Source of the DNA: Ginglymostoma cirratum
Lineage: Eukaryota
NCBI GenBank assembly: GCA_024137785.1
Contig: JAHRHZ010000003.1
Span: 12,295,933 to 12,359,932 of the forward strand
DNA: 64,000 bases
Reading direction: 5' to 3'
The translations under genes were made by a program, and so were the position numbers. Below the pieces are notes generated by a model that saw only the letters and a list, made by a program, of their open reading frames with translations, made no database searches and was not told the DNA's origin. Shown piece by piece: positions 37,329 to 49,959 of this stretch. Position 1 is the stretch's first letter. Every line of letters begins with the position of its first letter.

Positions 37329-37560
37329 GTATGATTTTTAAAAATTCCACCCGTTTGTAGGGCTTCTTCATAGAGATACCTTTGCTTTCCATCTTCAAAT
37401 AGTCTCTGACAAATAGATGAATTCTCATAAATGATCCATTGTCATACATTCTCTGGCCATCTTTGACAAGAAAGAATCTGTCCATCTATTTCTGATTTGA
37501 TCATCTTAAAACAGAAATCAAACTATGTTTTTAACTCTCTCTCCCACATCTCAACAACAG

Positions 37561-37686
37561 GAAATCTGTTTACTCTCTGAATGAGGCCGGGCAGATGAAT
37601 GGTTCAGCAGGAGGTGGAGGAGGAAGTGATGATGAAGAAATGCCAGCACCTCATGAACTTGGGGAAGAGTTGATGTGGACAGGAAG
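37561..37686 (+). CDS. SLC4A5: SLC4A5 exon 11 ([42 protein letters not shown])
   Basis: caacag acceptor, AG|gtacac donor; Gly-rich linker characteristic of NBCe2. Confidence 0.95.
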
Positions 37687-38194
37687 GTACACATTTCAAT
37701 TGGAGAGCACAGCAGAGTAGGTACTGGAGGCAGCATGTTGGATTATTGGAGGTTCCAATAGGTTAGGCCACTGTGGAAAGAGAAGCCTTTTGGAGGCTAT
37801 GACGTATCAAGCCATTTTTGTCAGCAGTTACTGTGACCATTACTGAGTCCTTCTAAAAATCCTCACAAGAGAAATTATAGGAAAACATGACAGCAGCTTA
37901 TGGTATTGAATGAGTGGAAGCTGGATTGCATCAGGAGTGATGGACTGGAATGTGAATGTCCCCGCGCTGCCAAGCCAATACCATTCCCATTCCTGCCCAG
38001 TGTTCCTGACCCATTCTTAAGCTTTGTTCTACTACCAGCTCTGACAAGAAACTTATAAATTAGAAAAAAACTCAGACATTCAAAATTCCAAGTTTCGAGT
38101 ATGTAATGTATTTATATATATGTAAAATATATGAGTACAGACAGTGTTCCGCATCAAAATACTTCTACCTATTCCCCTCTGGAAACGGAAGAGT

Positions 38195-39000
38195 GTACAA
38201 ATTAGGAGAAGGAGTAGGGTAGGTCGCATGGCCCATTGAGACTGCTCTGCCACTCGATGACATCATGGCTGAGTTGGTTATTCCACAAACCTACCTCTCA
38301 TGATAACCTTTCACCTCTTGCCAAGCTATCCACTTCTGCCTTAAAAAACCCAAAGTGTTAACTCTATTTTACTCGCCTCAAGTGCTGCCAGAGCTGATGA
38401 GCTCCTCCAATACTTTCTGTTTTTATCTCTGATTCTATCAGCTTTTGATGATGATTCGTTCTGAAGACTCACAGCCTTCTGTGAGAAAAGTATTCTTTTC
38501 ATCCCTGACTGAAATGGGCAATTCCTTATATTTAAACGTGACCCTTATTTCTAAATTCTCCCACAAGATTAAACATCTTCTCTAAATTCACCCTGTCAAA
38601 ACCCCTTAGGATCTGACATGTTTCTGTGAGTTGCCTCTTACTCTTCTAAACTCCAGCCAGTACAAGCCTAAACTGTACAAACTTTGCTCCAAAGACAACC
38701 TACCCATTCCAGGTATTAGTCTGCTAAACCTTCTCTGAACTGCTTCTAACATGTTTATATCCTTCCTTATAGTGGAAGACTTAAAACATGCTAAGTACTC
38801 CAGATGTGGACTCAACAGCGTCTTGGATAACTGAAACATAGCCTCCCTACTTTTGCATTCAATTCCCTTGTAGTAGGTGATGGCATTCTGTCAGCTTTCC
38901 TAATTACTTGCTTTACCAGCACACTTACCACTTGCAATTCTTGCACAAGGACATCCAGATCCCTCTGCACCTCAAAGCTCTGCAACCTCTCACCATTTCC
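38195..39000 (-). mobile_element. Old CR1 3' fragment with a small PLE-type arm inserted at about 38355-38435
   Basis: ORF 38606-38839 reads PHLEY...LEAVQRRFSRLIPGM...LGLYWLEFRRVRG. Confidence 0.8.
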
Positions 39001-39237
39001 AACTCACAGCTCCCCCTGTTCTGATGATACTTGGAGAGGTTTGTAACCATCAGTTAAAGCTTGAAACAGGGCAGAGAGAGCAGGGCATACAATGATGGCA
39101 CAGAAAACAGTAGTTGAAGGTACAAATTTTGAACATCAGATATTTATATATACTGACCAACACAGCTTGGTGTTCTCTAAATGAACTGCTGCTGCCTACG
39201 TGACTCCCTGAGTTGAAGTTTATCTTGCTGCTTGCAG

Positions 39238-39412
39238 GTTTTGTGGAGGGCTGATACTAGATATCAAAAGGAAACTTCCCTGGTTGCCCAGTGATTTCTA
39301 TGAAGCATTCCACATTCAGTCTGTTTCCACCATCCTCTTCATCTACTTGGGCTGTATCACCAATGCCATCACCTTTGGAGGATTGTTGGGGGATGCAACA
39401 GACAATTATCAG
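39238..39412 (+). CDS. SLC4A5: SLC4A5 exon 12 ([15 protein letters not shown]...GDATDNYQ), TM1
   Basis: cttgcag acceptor, CAG|gtgaga donor. Confidence 0.97.
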
Positions 39413-40048
39413 GTGAGAAATACACCAAACTGACACATCCAATCACTGGATCCTGACACACCCAAATGCACATTAATAGATGATGTGAGGTGACCAACAC
39501 CAGGGCCTAATATACCTTTAAAGTTGAAGAGCAAGACAGAGGCTGATTTTCTATGAAATTTACCATGTTTCAAAATGCATCTGAATTTTGAGAATTCTTA
39601 TAAGAGTGTAACTTTAGTTATCATTCATGAAAGACCATTGTCTCCTGAAAGAGGAAACATTTTCTTTTCTGCAATCAGCATCTGATTCCATTCACTGAAC
39701 TCATAAACTTGAAATGAAGATTCTTTTCTCAGCAGCTTATGTGCAGGAGGATGCATCCAAGATGACTGATGGTGTGCTTGACACACCACTGTGAGGCGAA
39801 AGGGATATGGATCAGAATTATGTTTGGGATGAATTAATATCAGATTATGTTTCACACTGTGGAATTTGCCTTGTCTCACAAATATTACAGAAGCGCATGT
39901 GGCTAAGATCTATTATTTTTAATATTCTCTTGGCAAATAGAGCATCTGTCACCAGCTGCCAAAAACCAGCTGTTGTTATATTAATTGTGCCTTCTGTTTT
40001 TTCACACTACCTGCATGAAAATGAAATATGGAGTAAGGAAAGCTTTAA

Positions 40049-40267
40049 GATACCAAGAACTGCAGATGCTGGAGTCAGAGTCAACACAGTGTGGAGCTGA
40101 AGGAACACAGCAGGTCGGGCAGCATCCGAAAAGTTGGAAAGTCAATGTTTCGGTTTGGACTCTTCTTCAGAACTTCTGAAGAAGGGTCCCAAACCGAAAC
40201 ATTGACTTTCCTACTCCTCTGATGCTGCCTGACCTGCTGTGTTCCTTCAGCTCCACACTGTGTTTAC
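40049..40267. mobile_element. Fold-back Penelope-derived element with 15-bp TSD and hammerhead-like cores
   Basis: Arms of about 95 bp (40078-40172 and 40174-40268) around a 1-nt centre; TSD taaggaaa(g/c)ctttaa at 40034-40048 and 40268-40282. Confidence 0.85.
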
Positions 40268-41607
40268 TAAGGAAACCTTTAATTGAGTTTCCACTTCTAC
40301 TAACTGATTTAAAAGTTTGTAAGGACTGGTCTGTATGACAGCCAAATCACCCATATCCAACTATGTGTGTTATGAGTAACTTACAATAATGTCAACAGTT
40401 TTTTAACTGGGTGCTGCAGCTCACGTGGTAACTATATTAATGCTCCCTCTGATTTTAGGACATCAATACCCTAACTATATTGAGTCTTGAGATGAGGGCG
40501 GAAAGCATTTTAATATGTCAATTTCAAATGAAGTTCTGCCATTTGTGTTCCTGAGGGATGTCCCTTACATAAGAAGTGAAACTGTCATTGATTGGAACCT
40601 TCTTAAGTGCTGAGCTTCCTCGCAATGCTCACATCCCACATATGAGTGCAGTAACTGGTTGTGACATGGAATGCAGTCTCTGGAAAGACAGTGGAAGCAG
40701 ATTCCATTAGTAACTGTCAAAAGGAAATTAGAAATATTCTTGAAAAGGAAACAATTGTACAGCTGCGGGAAAAGTACAGGGACATTGATCCTAATTGGTT
40801 AGTTATTTTCAAAGGGCCAGCACGGACATGATAGGCCAAATGGTCCCTTCTGTGTTATATCATTCTATGTTTCATAAGAACTCTGCAAACAAAGTTGAAA
40901 TAACCAAGTGTTTTAGCAGTCATGATGCCTAGCATGATTGAATCTAAAGAGACAATGCAAAAAGCAAAAAGAATGCAGAGATATTTAGCTAAAATACTAC
41001 TAAGTCAGAGGAAATATATTGCACAGTATTTTGCTTTGAGACAACTCATTGGACTGATGAGTCCAAAAGTAATGAACTGCAAGTGACCTTCAGTGGCAAA
41101 TAAATGCAAAATAATGCTCACAGGGATAAATTAAATATTACATCATGTTAAGTCATGTCAATTGGACAACGACACAAGCTCAAACTAGTGCGAAATAAAT
41201 TTCAGACCATATCAGGAAATAGATCTTTGGCAGAGACTTATTTCCAAGTGAAATAGAGTTCTGGATAGGAAACTAGAATCGTTGAGAAAATAGATGCATC
41301 CTATGGATGGCTGGATATTTCTTCTGGATAGATGATTAACATAGGCCAAATGATTTTCTTCACTGATACTATCTCATGACCTTGTGCATAAATGTATCAT
41401 TCCTTTTTACTTTGTATAGTATGACCAGCAGAAACGTAAGTGTAACCAAATGTCACAGTGGACAATGGAACACTGATACAGAAAGTGTGTTGAGTCAGAT
41501 TAGTTTCAAATTTGGCAACGAGTCAATATTTCTCTTGTTACATCAAATTCAATGTAGCTTAGTGCTTTTTACTTAAATCTAACAGGCTGTTTTGTTTCTG
41601 CAAACAG

Positions 41608-41741
41608 GGTGTAATTGAAAGTTTTCTAGGCACTGCGTTCACAGGTGCTATATTCTGCTTATTCGGTGGACAGCCTCTCACTATCCTTAGTAGTACAGGT
41701 CCAATCCTCATCTTTGAAAAACTTCTGTTTGACTTCAGCAA
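41608..41741 (+). CDS. SLC4A5: SLC4A5 exon 13 ([13 protein letters not shown]...[24 protein letters not shown])
   Basis: caaacag acceptor, AA|gtgagt donor; contains the STGP substrate-site motif. Confidence 0.97.
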
Positions 41742-42495
41742 GTGAGTGCTTTGGTTTCTTAAACTTTGTTTCTTACATGAAGGGAAAGTATGTCTTTCTA
41801 ATTACCTCTTTGCCAAAGGAAGTTGAAAGGGTGTTAAGTCAGTATGTTGTATCATAGACTATAAGATTGTTTTAACAGGATCACAATTCTGAGGGAGGAC
41901 TACATTTTTTAAGTAAACATTAGAAATATGTTGCATATTTGGAGTTTGTAATCAAACTGATGGGCTGGGGATTTATTGAGGAGTCCTTCTCTGTCGAATG
42001 TAATTTCAATGCAGTGGTTATAGTTTTAATCTGTTCTTGAAAGGTTATTTTAATGAAATAGTTATAATTTTAAACTGTTCCATTAAGCAACCTTGAGGGG
42101 AAAAAAATGTGCATCTATCTATTTACAATGTTGCTTTGCAACTCTAAGAACATTGTCTTTGCTGCAGAGGAACAGTTCTACATTCTAGGCTTGATTTTGC
42201 TGCAAAAATAATGGACCTGATTTTCTACGAGCCAGACATTGGTTATTCCAGCTGAGATGGGAGGAGCGCATGGGAACCCTGCAGAATATTCATCTTGGCA
42301 AACTCCAAAGGAATTGCCCAGGATTTCAAATTTTCCTCATAAAATTCCTCTGGGTCAACAACTGTTTGAAAGACTTTATTTAAATCAGAGAATTGGACTG
42401 TTCTGAAGCAATTAAGTAAAATAGTTACTCAGGAAAAGTTAGGCTATTGAATACATGGTCTAAACCCTGAGTAAGTTTTCAATTGACCCCGTATT

Positions 42496-42635
42496 TAGAA
42501 TCCCTACAGTGCTGAAAGAGGCCATTTGACCCATTGAGTCTGCTCTGACACTCCAAAGAGCACTCCACCCAGACCCAACCACTGCCCCATAGCACCGCAT
42601 GGGATTTTTACGGACCCACTTAACCCACACACCTG
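42496..42635 (-). mobile_element. HE1 SINE 3' fragment
   Basis: tagaatccctacagtg...ggccatttgaccc...gagcactccacccagaccc is the reverse complement of the HE1 tail. Confidence 0.8.
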
Positions 42636-43032
42636 ATCGGAGGCTGAGGGGTGACTTTACAGAAGTTTATAAAATCCTAAGGGGCACAGATAGGATGAAT
42701 AGCCCAGGTCTTTTTCCACGGGGTGGGGGAACCCAGAACAAGAGGGCATAGGTTTAAGGCCAGAGGGGAAAGATTTAAAAGGGACCTGAGGGTCAACATT
42801 TTCTTAACCCAGAGGGTGGTGCATGCATGGAATGAGCTGCCACAGCAAGTGGTGGAGACTGGTACAATTACAACATTTAAGAGGCATTTGGATGGGTATA
42901 TGAACAGGAACAGTTTAGAGGTATATCAGCCATATGCTGGAAAATGGGACTGGATTAATTTAGGATATACGGTCAACAAAAGGTTGGATCAAAAAGTCTG
43001 TTTCCATGTTGTACAGCTCTATGACTCTGTGC
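42636..43032 (+). mobile_element. CR1/HER1 LINE 3' end
   Basis: RRLRGDFTEVYK...RTRGHRFK..GERFKRDLR..TQRVV; ctctatgactct tail. Confidence 0.9.
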
Positions 43033-43733
43033 TTTCTCTTTTTATACCCTGCTTAATTTTGCTTTTGGTACCTGATTTGGCATTAAATTCACTATTCCAA
43101 CTGACACTTCCTGGGTTCAGAGTCTGCATTAGTCATTAATGAATCTTTGGTATGATTGATTAAATAGGTCCCCCAATGGATTACGCTACCCATATCATCT
43201 GTCTGGGTGCCCTGTATTTAGGCTGGTTGGCTAACTCTTTGAGCATAAGTTCACCCCTGTAATCAGATCACTGCTAAAGAAAGTACTTGTCTATGACTTG
43301 TGTTTGAATACAAAGGATGTTTTGGAGTCCACCTTTCAGGAAATCATTCAAATTCAGTTTGTCTGTTTGAAAGCATTTCATAGAAAATGGGGCAATGCAG
43401 ATGAGTTCATTTTGGTTGCCCTGAACTTGCATGTATGGCAACTTGAGAAAACCCTTAGGATCCGCAAGCTAACATGCAGGCAGGTGGCAGGTCAATTCCC
43501 GTCCCTAACTGACACTGGGCCTTAATGATAATCTAGTACTGTTGCTTCAAAGACAAGTGCTCTGGTACCGGCTTAATACTGGAAATGGAATTTTGGTTTC
43601 CACCAATGTCACTACAAAAATTTATTTGTAATTCCTTCACCAAACAAAAACAAAGCTGGTCTTCCAGAAGCACCCTCAACATTTAATGATCAACATTTCA
43701 ATATTCATTCTAAAGGACACGTATCTCTTACAG

Positions 43734-44005
43734 AAGTAATGATTTGGACTACCTTGAATTCCGGCTCTGGATTGGTCTCCATTCTGCCCTTCAATGCCTT
43801 CTTCTAGTTGCCACGGATGCCAGTTTCATCATTAAGTACATCACACGTTTTACAGAGGAAGGCTTCTCCATGCTTATCAGCCTCATCTTTATCTATGACG
43901 CTATCAAAAAAATGATTGGGGCCTTCAAATACTACCCCATCAATTCTGGCTACAATCCAGACTATGTGACCATGTACAAGTGTGAGTGTGTGGCTCCAGA
44001 TTCAG
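43734..44005 (+). CDS. SLC4A5: SLC4A5 exon 14 ([14 protein letters not shown]...TRFTEEGF...[10 protein letters not shown])
   Basis: ttacag acceptor, G|gtgagt donor; overlaps ORF 43744-44082. Confidence 0.97.
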
Positions 44006-46725
44006 GTGAGTCAGGCATCAATTCAGTTGAGAGGGATGAGAAAGAAAATAAACGAGTAGCAATCTCTTCACACCAAAACTAGCTTATATCCTTCTTTACA
44101 ATTTCATACAATTCTACGTTTCCCCTGTTTCTGTTCCTGTCGGCAATTTTTCAAACCAGTTTACATCCACTAAGGTTAGAGATACCCATTGGTTCTCTTG
44201 ACTGAACAAGTGTATAACCATTATTTTAACCATCCACCTTCCCAATTGACAAAGGGTGGGCAGGGTTCTTGAGCCTAAAGTGTTTTCATGCTTGCAGAAT
44301 TCCCACTATTACCACTTGAAGTCAGAGGTCCTTGAAAGCTGCTCAGGAAGGAACTGCACTGCTATCCAGCTGGAGTTTCTGCATCTGCAGCTCATGCACC
44401 TTCAATTAATGACACATTATGCCCACAGCCAGAAGTGATGTTTGTGTCTTTCACACAATCGCTGGCATACTGTTACCTTTGACAGTTCTCTGAAATTCAT
44501 CATGGCAAGTTAGAAGGTGGATGTGACTGTGCCAGTCGCCAAGAAACACAGGGCTGCTTAGGCCCAAAATTGATCTTTGTGTTATAAAGACAACTAATGT
44601 TGGTTACAGGGAATACTCATCTTTAAATGTATAATTCTTTGAATGGGTGCCTGTTGTCAACTACTGTTAATTTTGGTTTTGTAACTGATTATTTATTATT
44701 TTTATATATGCTGCAAACTCTGGTTGGCCACTTTCAATCTTGGGTAAGTTTCTGAAGGGAAACTCTCTCAAATCCTGTCATCCTTATCTTTCCTCTTCCC
44801 CTTTCTATATCTGATGACTTTGACTGGGTGTGGAATTGAAACTAATCACACTTAAATTTACTTTGAAGATATTATGTAGTAGCTGCTGTCTGGTACAAGT
44901 ATTAGAAACAGAGACTGAAGCTTTAGAAATTCTCCATTCAAACAATTGTTGGTCAATCTCTCATCCTGTTCCTTCTCATCATTTATTGTTAGCAGTTTAG
45001 AAGTCTGCTTGTTCTGAACCATAAAAGCACCAGGCCAAAATTAAATGTCGACATTTCCTCAAGGAAAATGTGGACCTCTCTTCATTAGGAGAACTGCTGT
45101 TTAGATTATCTGAGGAAATGGAAGAGGTTGTGAAACACCCTCAAGCCTGTTCCACATTTCAGTGAGATGATAGCCAACATGGGTCCTAACTTCATTTGTT
45201 AACCTTAACTGCATATCCTTTAACATCCCTGCATATCAAAATGTTATCAATTCCAGATTTTAAATTATCAATTGAGCTTCTACCCACTGGGTTTTATGTG
45301 AGATAGTTCCACACTTCTGCAACCCTTTGAGTGAAGAGGCTTTTCTTTGTTTCGCCTACTCCCCATATTTTTATTAAATAAAATGCAAAAAGAAAACTCT
45401 CAGGTTTTCCTATCCACAATGTGGAAAGTGGTGGGAAAACAAAAAAAGGTTTGCACAGAGTATGCTCCGACTCTCCACTTTAAAAGTGTGAACAGTTTTC
45501 AGATGGTCATCTTAAACATAGGTTGAAACACTTGTAGAAGTAAAAGGATGGTTTTTTTTGTTCCATCTTAACTTCCCTCCAAAACGGTCCAGGTCTTTAT
45601 TTAAAGGTGATGTCCTCTTATCCAAGACTGTCCCACCAGCAGAAATAAAGTTTATATCTGTCAACCCAATCAATTCCAATAAAAATTCTGAATTCATCTA
45701 TCAGCTCACCCCCAATACGTTCAAGCTGAGTGATTTCTCTTCATAATCTGACCCTTGGACTCCAGATGACATCCTCATGGATATGTATTGGGATTCCTTT
45801 ATTGTGACTTTCACACGGTGAGATGACCCAAGTGGCTTACTTTATAATGAGAGACAAGTCGTCTCATTAAATTAAAATTAAATCAGATGGAGTTTCATAC
45901 ATTGGAAACTATTTTAAATGTGAAAGAACTGAATAGTTACTACAGCTTTCCTTTCCTGCAGGCATTCTGTGGGATATTTAAGTGCAATGCCCTCATTATA
46001 ATTCGGTTGAATATAGGAATTTCAAAAGAAGGATGGTACTACATTGGATGTTTACATAACAAATATGTCCTTCAAGTCCAAGCTAGCCCTTTGGTTTGGG
46101 TTCTCCTGGGCAAATGTTTGTCTCTATAATGAATAGCAATTGTAAATGTATGATTTATTAATTGAACAGCGACACATTGGGAGAATGATCTGCACAGAAA
46201 CCATTAGTGAATGAACAGTTTGTGCCGATCAATGGACAAACTTTTGTTTACATTGCAAATGATATGAATCAAATTGATTCATACTGCCACTTGACAAAAA
46301 ACATTGTGTACTTAAGGTCCAAGGCTTTTCAAATGTTTGACTGCTTATTGCAACCGATGGGGAATAGATTTCATTTTTATGGAGAATGGTCCTTTTAACT
46401 AACATATATATTAAAGAAAATCCAATACATTGTATTAAAAATGAGATTCTTAATTATTTAAGCTTTATAGGATGTTCAACTTCAGTTCCAAGTAATGTGT
46501 CTGTTCACCACTGTTTCCAGTTCAATTAGTTGAAGGACGAAAACTTTCAGAGGATTCTGCAAGATTCAGAGTTTTGCTGAAGGCTGGTTGTTCATGTTAT
46601 TGGCTGGGATGATTTATTAAAACACCAGAGAAGGGAATAGGGACGGAAGTGCCAACAGCTAAAAAGAGCCTGTAAAGCTGAGATTTTGATAACAATACTA
46701 AACATGCTATTTTGTTGCCTCACAG

Positions 46726-46787
46726 TGAATACAACTCTGTTCAATGCTTCAGATTCACTGGTTCTGAATAACACTAACATTTCTTTG
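46726..46787 (+). CDS. SLC4A5: SLC4A5 exon 15 (VNTTLFNASDSLVLNNTNISL), glycosylated extracellular loop 3
   Basis: ctcacag acceptor, TTG|gtaagt donor, phase 1 to 0 fits its neighbours. Confidence 0.9.
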
Positions 46788-47829
46788 GTAAGTTTCAGTC
46801 TCCATAATTTGACTGTTGTAGTTCAAACAGTGTTGTTTTCTTCAATCTCCATCAGCAGCTGGCAGGAAAATTGGGTCATGGTTTTGCACAACACTAGAAA
46901 ACACGGGAACCAGAAATGATACTTAGAACACAAATTTTCGTGTCATTTCTGGCAACTGGGTGAAAATTTCCAGCATCCTAACTGCATAACTTCTAAATTT
47001 AAACTCAATTCTCAAACTCTAGGCCTAGAGAAGTCAGGGCAGCAGACATATGTAAACACCATCCCTTCCACCCACCATGCCAACTTTGATATGTATAATT
47101 TAGCCTTACCATTGTCTTGGAAATGACAATAATTGGCATCGGTTTGGCATCCTAAGCCCTAAATAATAGCAGTACAAAAGCACATTCAAGGCAGCTCACC
47201 ATCACCTTCTGGGTTGGAACTAAGAATGAGAAATAAATGTTGGCCTTGGTCATGCCACCCACACTCTGAGAATGAATGTGTAAAAACTATGACACCCAGT
47301 AAGAGATAACACTTACGTACATCATTGCCAAAGCTAAGAGATAGACCATTTGCCTCAGTTCTCTTGCTGCCTGAGTGAAATTTGATGCTAGCACAGCTGA
47401 ATTTTTATTGCCAGGTACAAGTGCCCTTAATCAACATTGCCTTGTCATGGCGCCTTTTATGTTTAAAATGTCTAAAACCCTTGTCATCCATAAGCTTATT
47501 GTGGATGATCATGTTGAGTTATGACCTTGACAGGGACATGGCTCAGGGTGATGAAATCTGAATACTTAATGAAGCCTCCCCACTTGACTGTATCTTCCTG
47601 TTTTATCTGTTTGAAGCAGCGAGGTCATGGTTTAGTCTTTTTCTGTAAAGTCCACCTTTTACATAATTTACAAGCGTTGTATCATCAGGGAGACTGCACT
47701 GCTTGCTTGATTACAGCTTGTAGCACGTCTGTTTAAAGCAACAAGAATTTGAGTCTTTGTACAGCCAGATCATGCATTATTAGGTAAAGACTACTTAAAG
47801 AATTTTAATTTCCTTCTTTATTTCCCAAG

Positions 47830-48030
47830 TATAATATTGTCAATACAACAGCACTGGACTGGAGTCAACTCAGCAAGAAGGAATGCCTCACATACGGGGG
47901 GAGCCTGGTTGGAAAATCCTGCAAGTATGTTCCAGATCTAGCCCTAATGTCTTTTATCCTCTTTTTTGGCACATACTCCCTGACTGTGACTCTCAAGAAA
48001 TTCAAGTTTAGTCGCTACTTTCCAACCAAG
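47830..48030 (+). CDS. SLC4A5: SLC4A5 exon 16 ([20 protein letters not shown]...[13 protein letters not shown])
   Basis: tttcccaag acceptor, AAG|gtaagt donor, 201 nt open. Confidence 0.96.
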
Positions 48031-48064
48031 GTAAGTGCTCTCCTGAAACACTTATGGGTTGAAA

Positions 48065-48644
48065 GAACACAGCAGATCAAGCAGCATCATAGGAGCAGGA
48101 AAACTTGACGTTTCGGGCCTAAANNNNNNNNNNNNNNNNNNNNNNNNNNNNNNNNNNNNNNNNNNNNNNNNNNNNNNNNNNNNNNNNNNNNNNNNNNNNN
48201 NNNNNNNNNNNNNNNNNNNNNNNNNNNNNNNNNNNNNNNNNNNNNNNNNNNNNNNNNNNNNNNNNNNNNNNNNNNNNNNNNNNNNNNNNNNNNNNNNNNN
48301 NNNNNNNNNNNNNNNNNNNNNNNNNNNNNNNNNNNNNNNNNNNNNNNNNNNNNNNNNNNNNNNNNNNNNNNNNNNNNNNNNNNNNNNNNNNNNNNNNNNN
48401 NNNNNNNNNNNNNNNNNNNNNNNNNNNNNNNNNNNNNNNNNNNNNNNNNNNNNNNNNNNNNNNNNNNNNNNNNNNNNNNNNNNNNNNNNNNNNNNNNNNN
48501 NNNNNNNNNNNNNNNNNNNNNNNACCCTTGGTTTAGGCCCGAAACGTCAAGTTTTCCTGCTCCTATGATGCTGCTTGACCTGCTGTGTTCATCCAGCCCC
48601 ATGCTTGTTATCTCGGATTCTCCAGCATCTGCAGTACCTTTTAT
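48065..48644. mobile_element. Fold-back Penelope-derived element with 16-bp TSD; 400-N gap (48124-48523) at its centre
   Basis: The arms flanking the gap are reverse complements; TSD cacttatgggttgaaa at 48049-48064 and 48645-48660. Confidence 0.88.
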
Positions 48645-49959
48645 CACTTATGGGTTGAAACCTTGCAGATGATCTGCAAGCAGAAGCAGTGCAACAGAAT
48701 TATTCCACAGGCTGCAAAGAATCTTGCCGACAGCTACTGAATCAGATTTGTTAGATGCTGTTGAATTTGCTTCAAACATGTTTGTTGTCCATGCTCGAAT
48801 AGTGGTCGTTACAATTTTATTCTCCCAATCATTTAGAGAAGATGCAATTCTTCAAACAAATAATGTTGAAATTCAGAGTGCAGCTTCCTCCAGCCCTTTT
48901 CACAATAGCATTTACAAAAAGAAAACTTGCCATTCCCAAGCTAAATACTGACGAAGCAGTTAAAATAACTGCAATGTCTTCCTCTGAAACAAATTAAACA
49001 AATAGAGCATAAATTTCAAATGTTGAAGTAATCCATGATCCCAAACATAATTCCCAACTTACCTGTGAGCTGTGTGGAAATATAAAGAAGAAGAATGTAG
49101 GTCATGTGAGCAATGGCATATGAAGTGGAATGCAAAGAATTGACAAGTCAATAGAGTATCATTTTAAAAGTTTCAGCAAAAATCCAGGAATTTCACAATT
49201 CCCATGTAAAATTTGGCTGTGTAGTTGCTCTGCTCCTCACTAATTCCCCTTGCAGTTGAAGCTAGAGCTGCAGATAAGATAGTCTCGCCTCAATGCTGTA
49301 CCTGTGTTTGTGACCTTAACCCTGAATATGTATTTCTCCTTCCTTGCATGACTCTTTCTCCCATGTCCACTTATCCCTTTATTTTCCATTAGATCCGAAG
49401 CCTGATCACAGACTTTTCTACAGTAATCTCCATTCTTGTTTTCTGTGGAATTGATGCTGCTGCCGGACTGGATACACCCAAACTGCATATCCCCAGTGAA
49501 ATCAAGGTTTGAACAGAACTTGGCCATTTAATATCTATAGTCATTTTCCTGTTGCAATGCATACTTTAGAAGGCATCTTTCTACTGATTTTGAACCTGAA
49601 GTGCTCCTAAATGTGGTAGCATAACATTGAAGTAAATGTTATTTCTAATAAAAGGTTTGCCGACTTACATTAGTTTCAGAGTCATGACAACTAAACCAAG
49701 AAACCTTCAACTCTTCATCAAGTAACTTCTCTTCTTCCTCATGGCATACTGCACAGCTGAATCCTCCAACAGAAAGCCAGTGACTTTATCATATTCCATA
49801 AATAGACCAAGGATCTCTTGTCAAAGAGGCAGTAGTTGGTAAAGTAGGATGACCAATCTTGATGCTACATTTTCTTGTTTGCTTTATTTTGTCAAAATTT
49901 TTTTTCATGTATTATCAACTAAGCAGCTCATTGCAGGATACCAAGACCTGAAAAAGCAG

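Noticed and set aside
36605-37485. Long minus-strand ORFs (162 and 157 aa)
   Set aside because: They lie antisense to SLC4A5 exons 9-10 and intron sequence, and have no recognisable domain.
43731-43736. NAGNAG acceptor (cagaag) at exon 14
   Set aside because: A common motif; the distal AAG is normally disfavoured and the effect would be one residue.
48059-48647. Mirror-image ORFs ([10 protein letters not shown]...X..., [11 protein letters not shown]) here and at 60621-61266
   Set aside because: They are artefacts of translating through N runs between inverted arms, not proteins.
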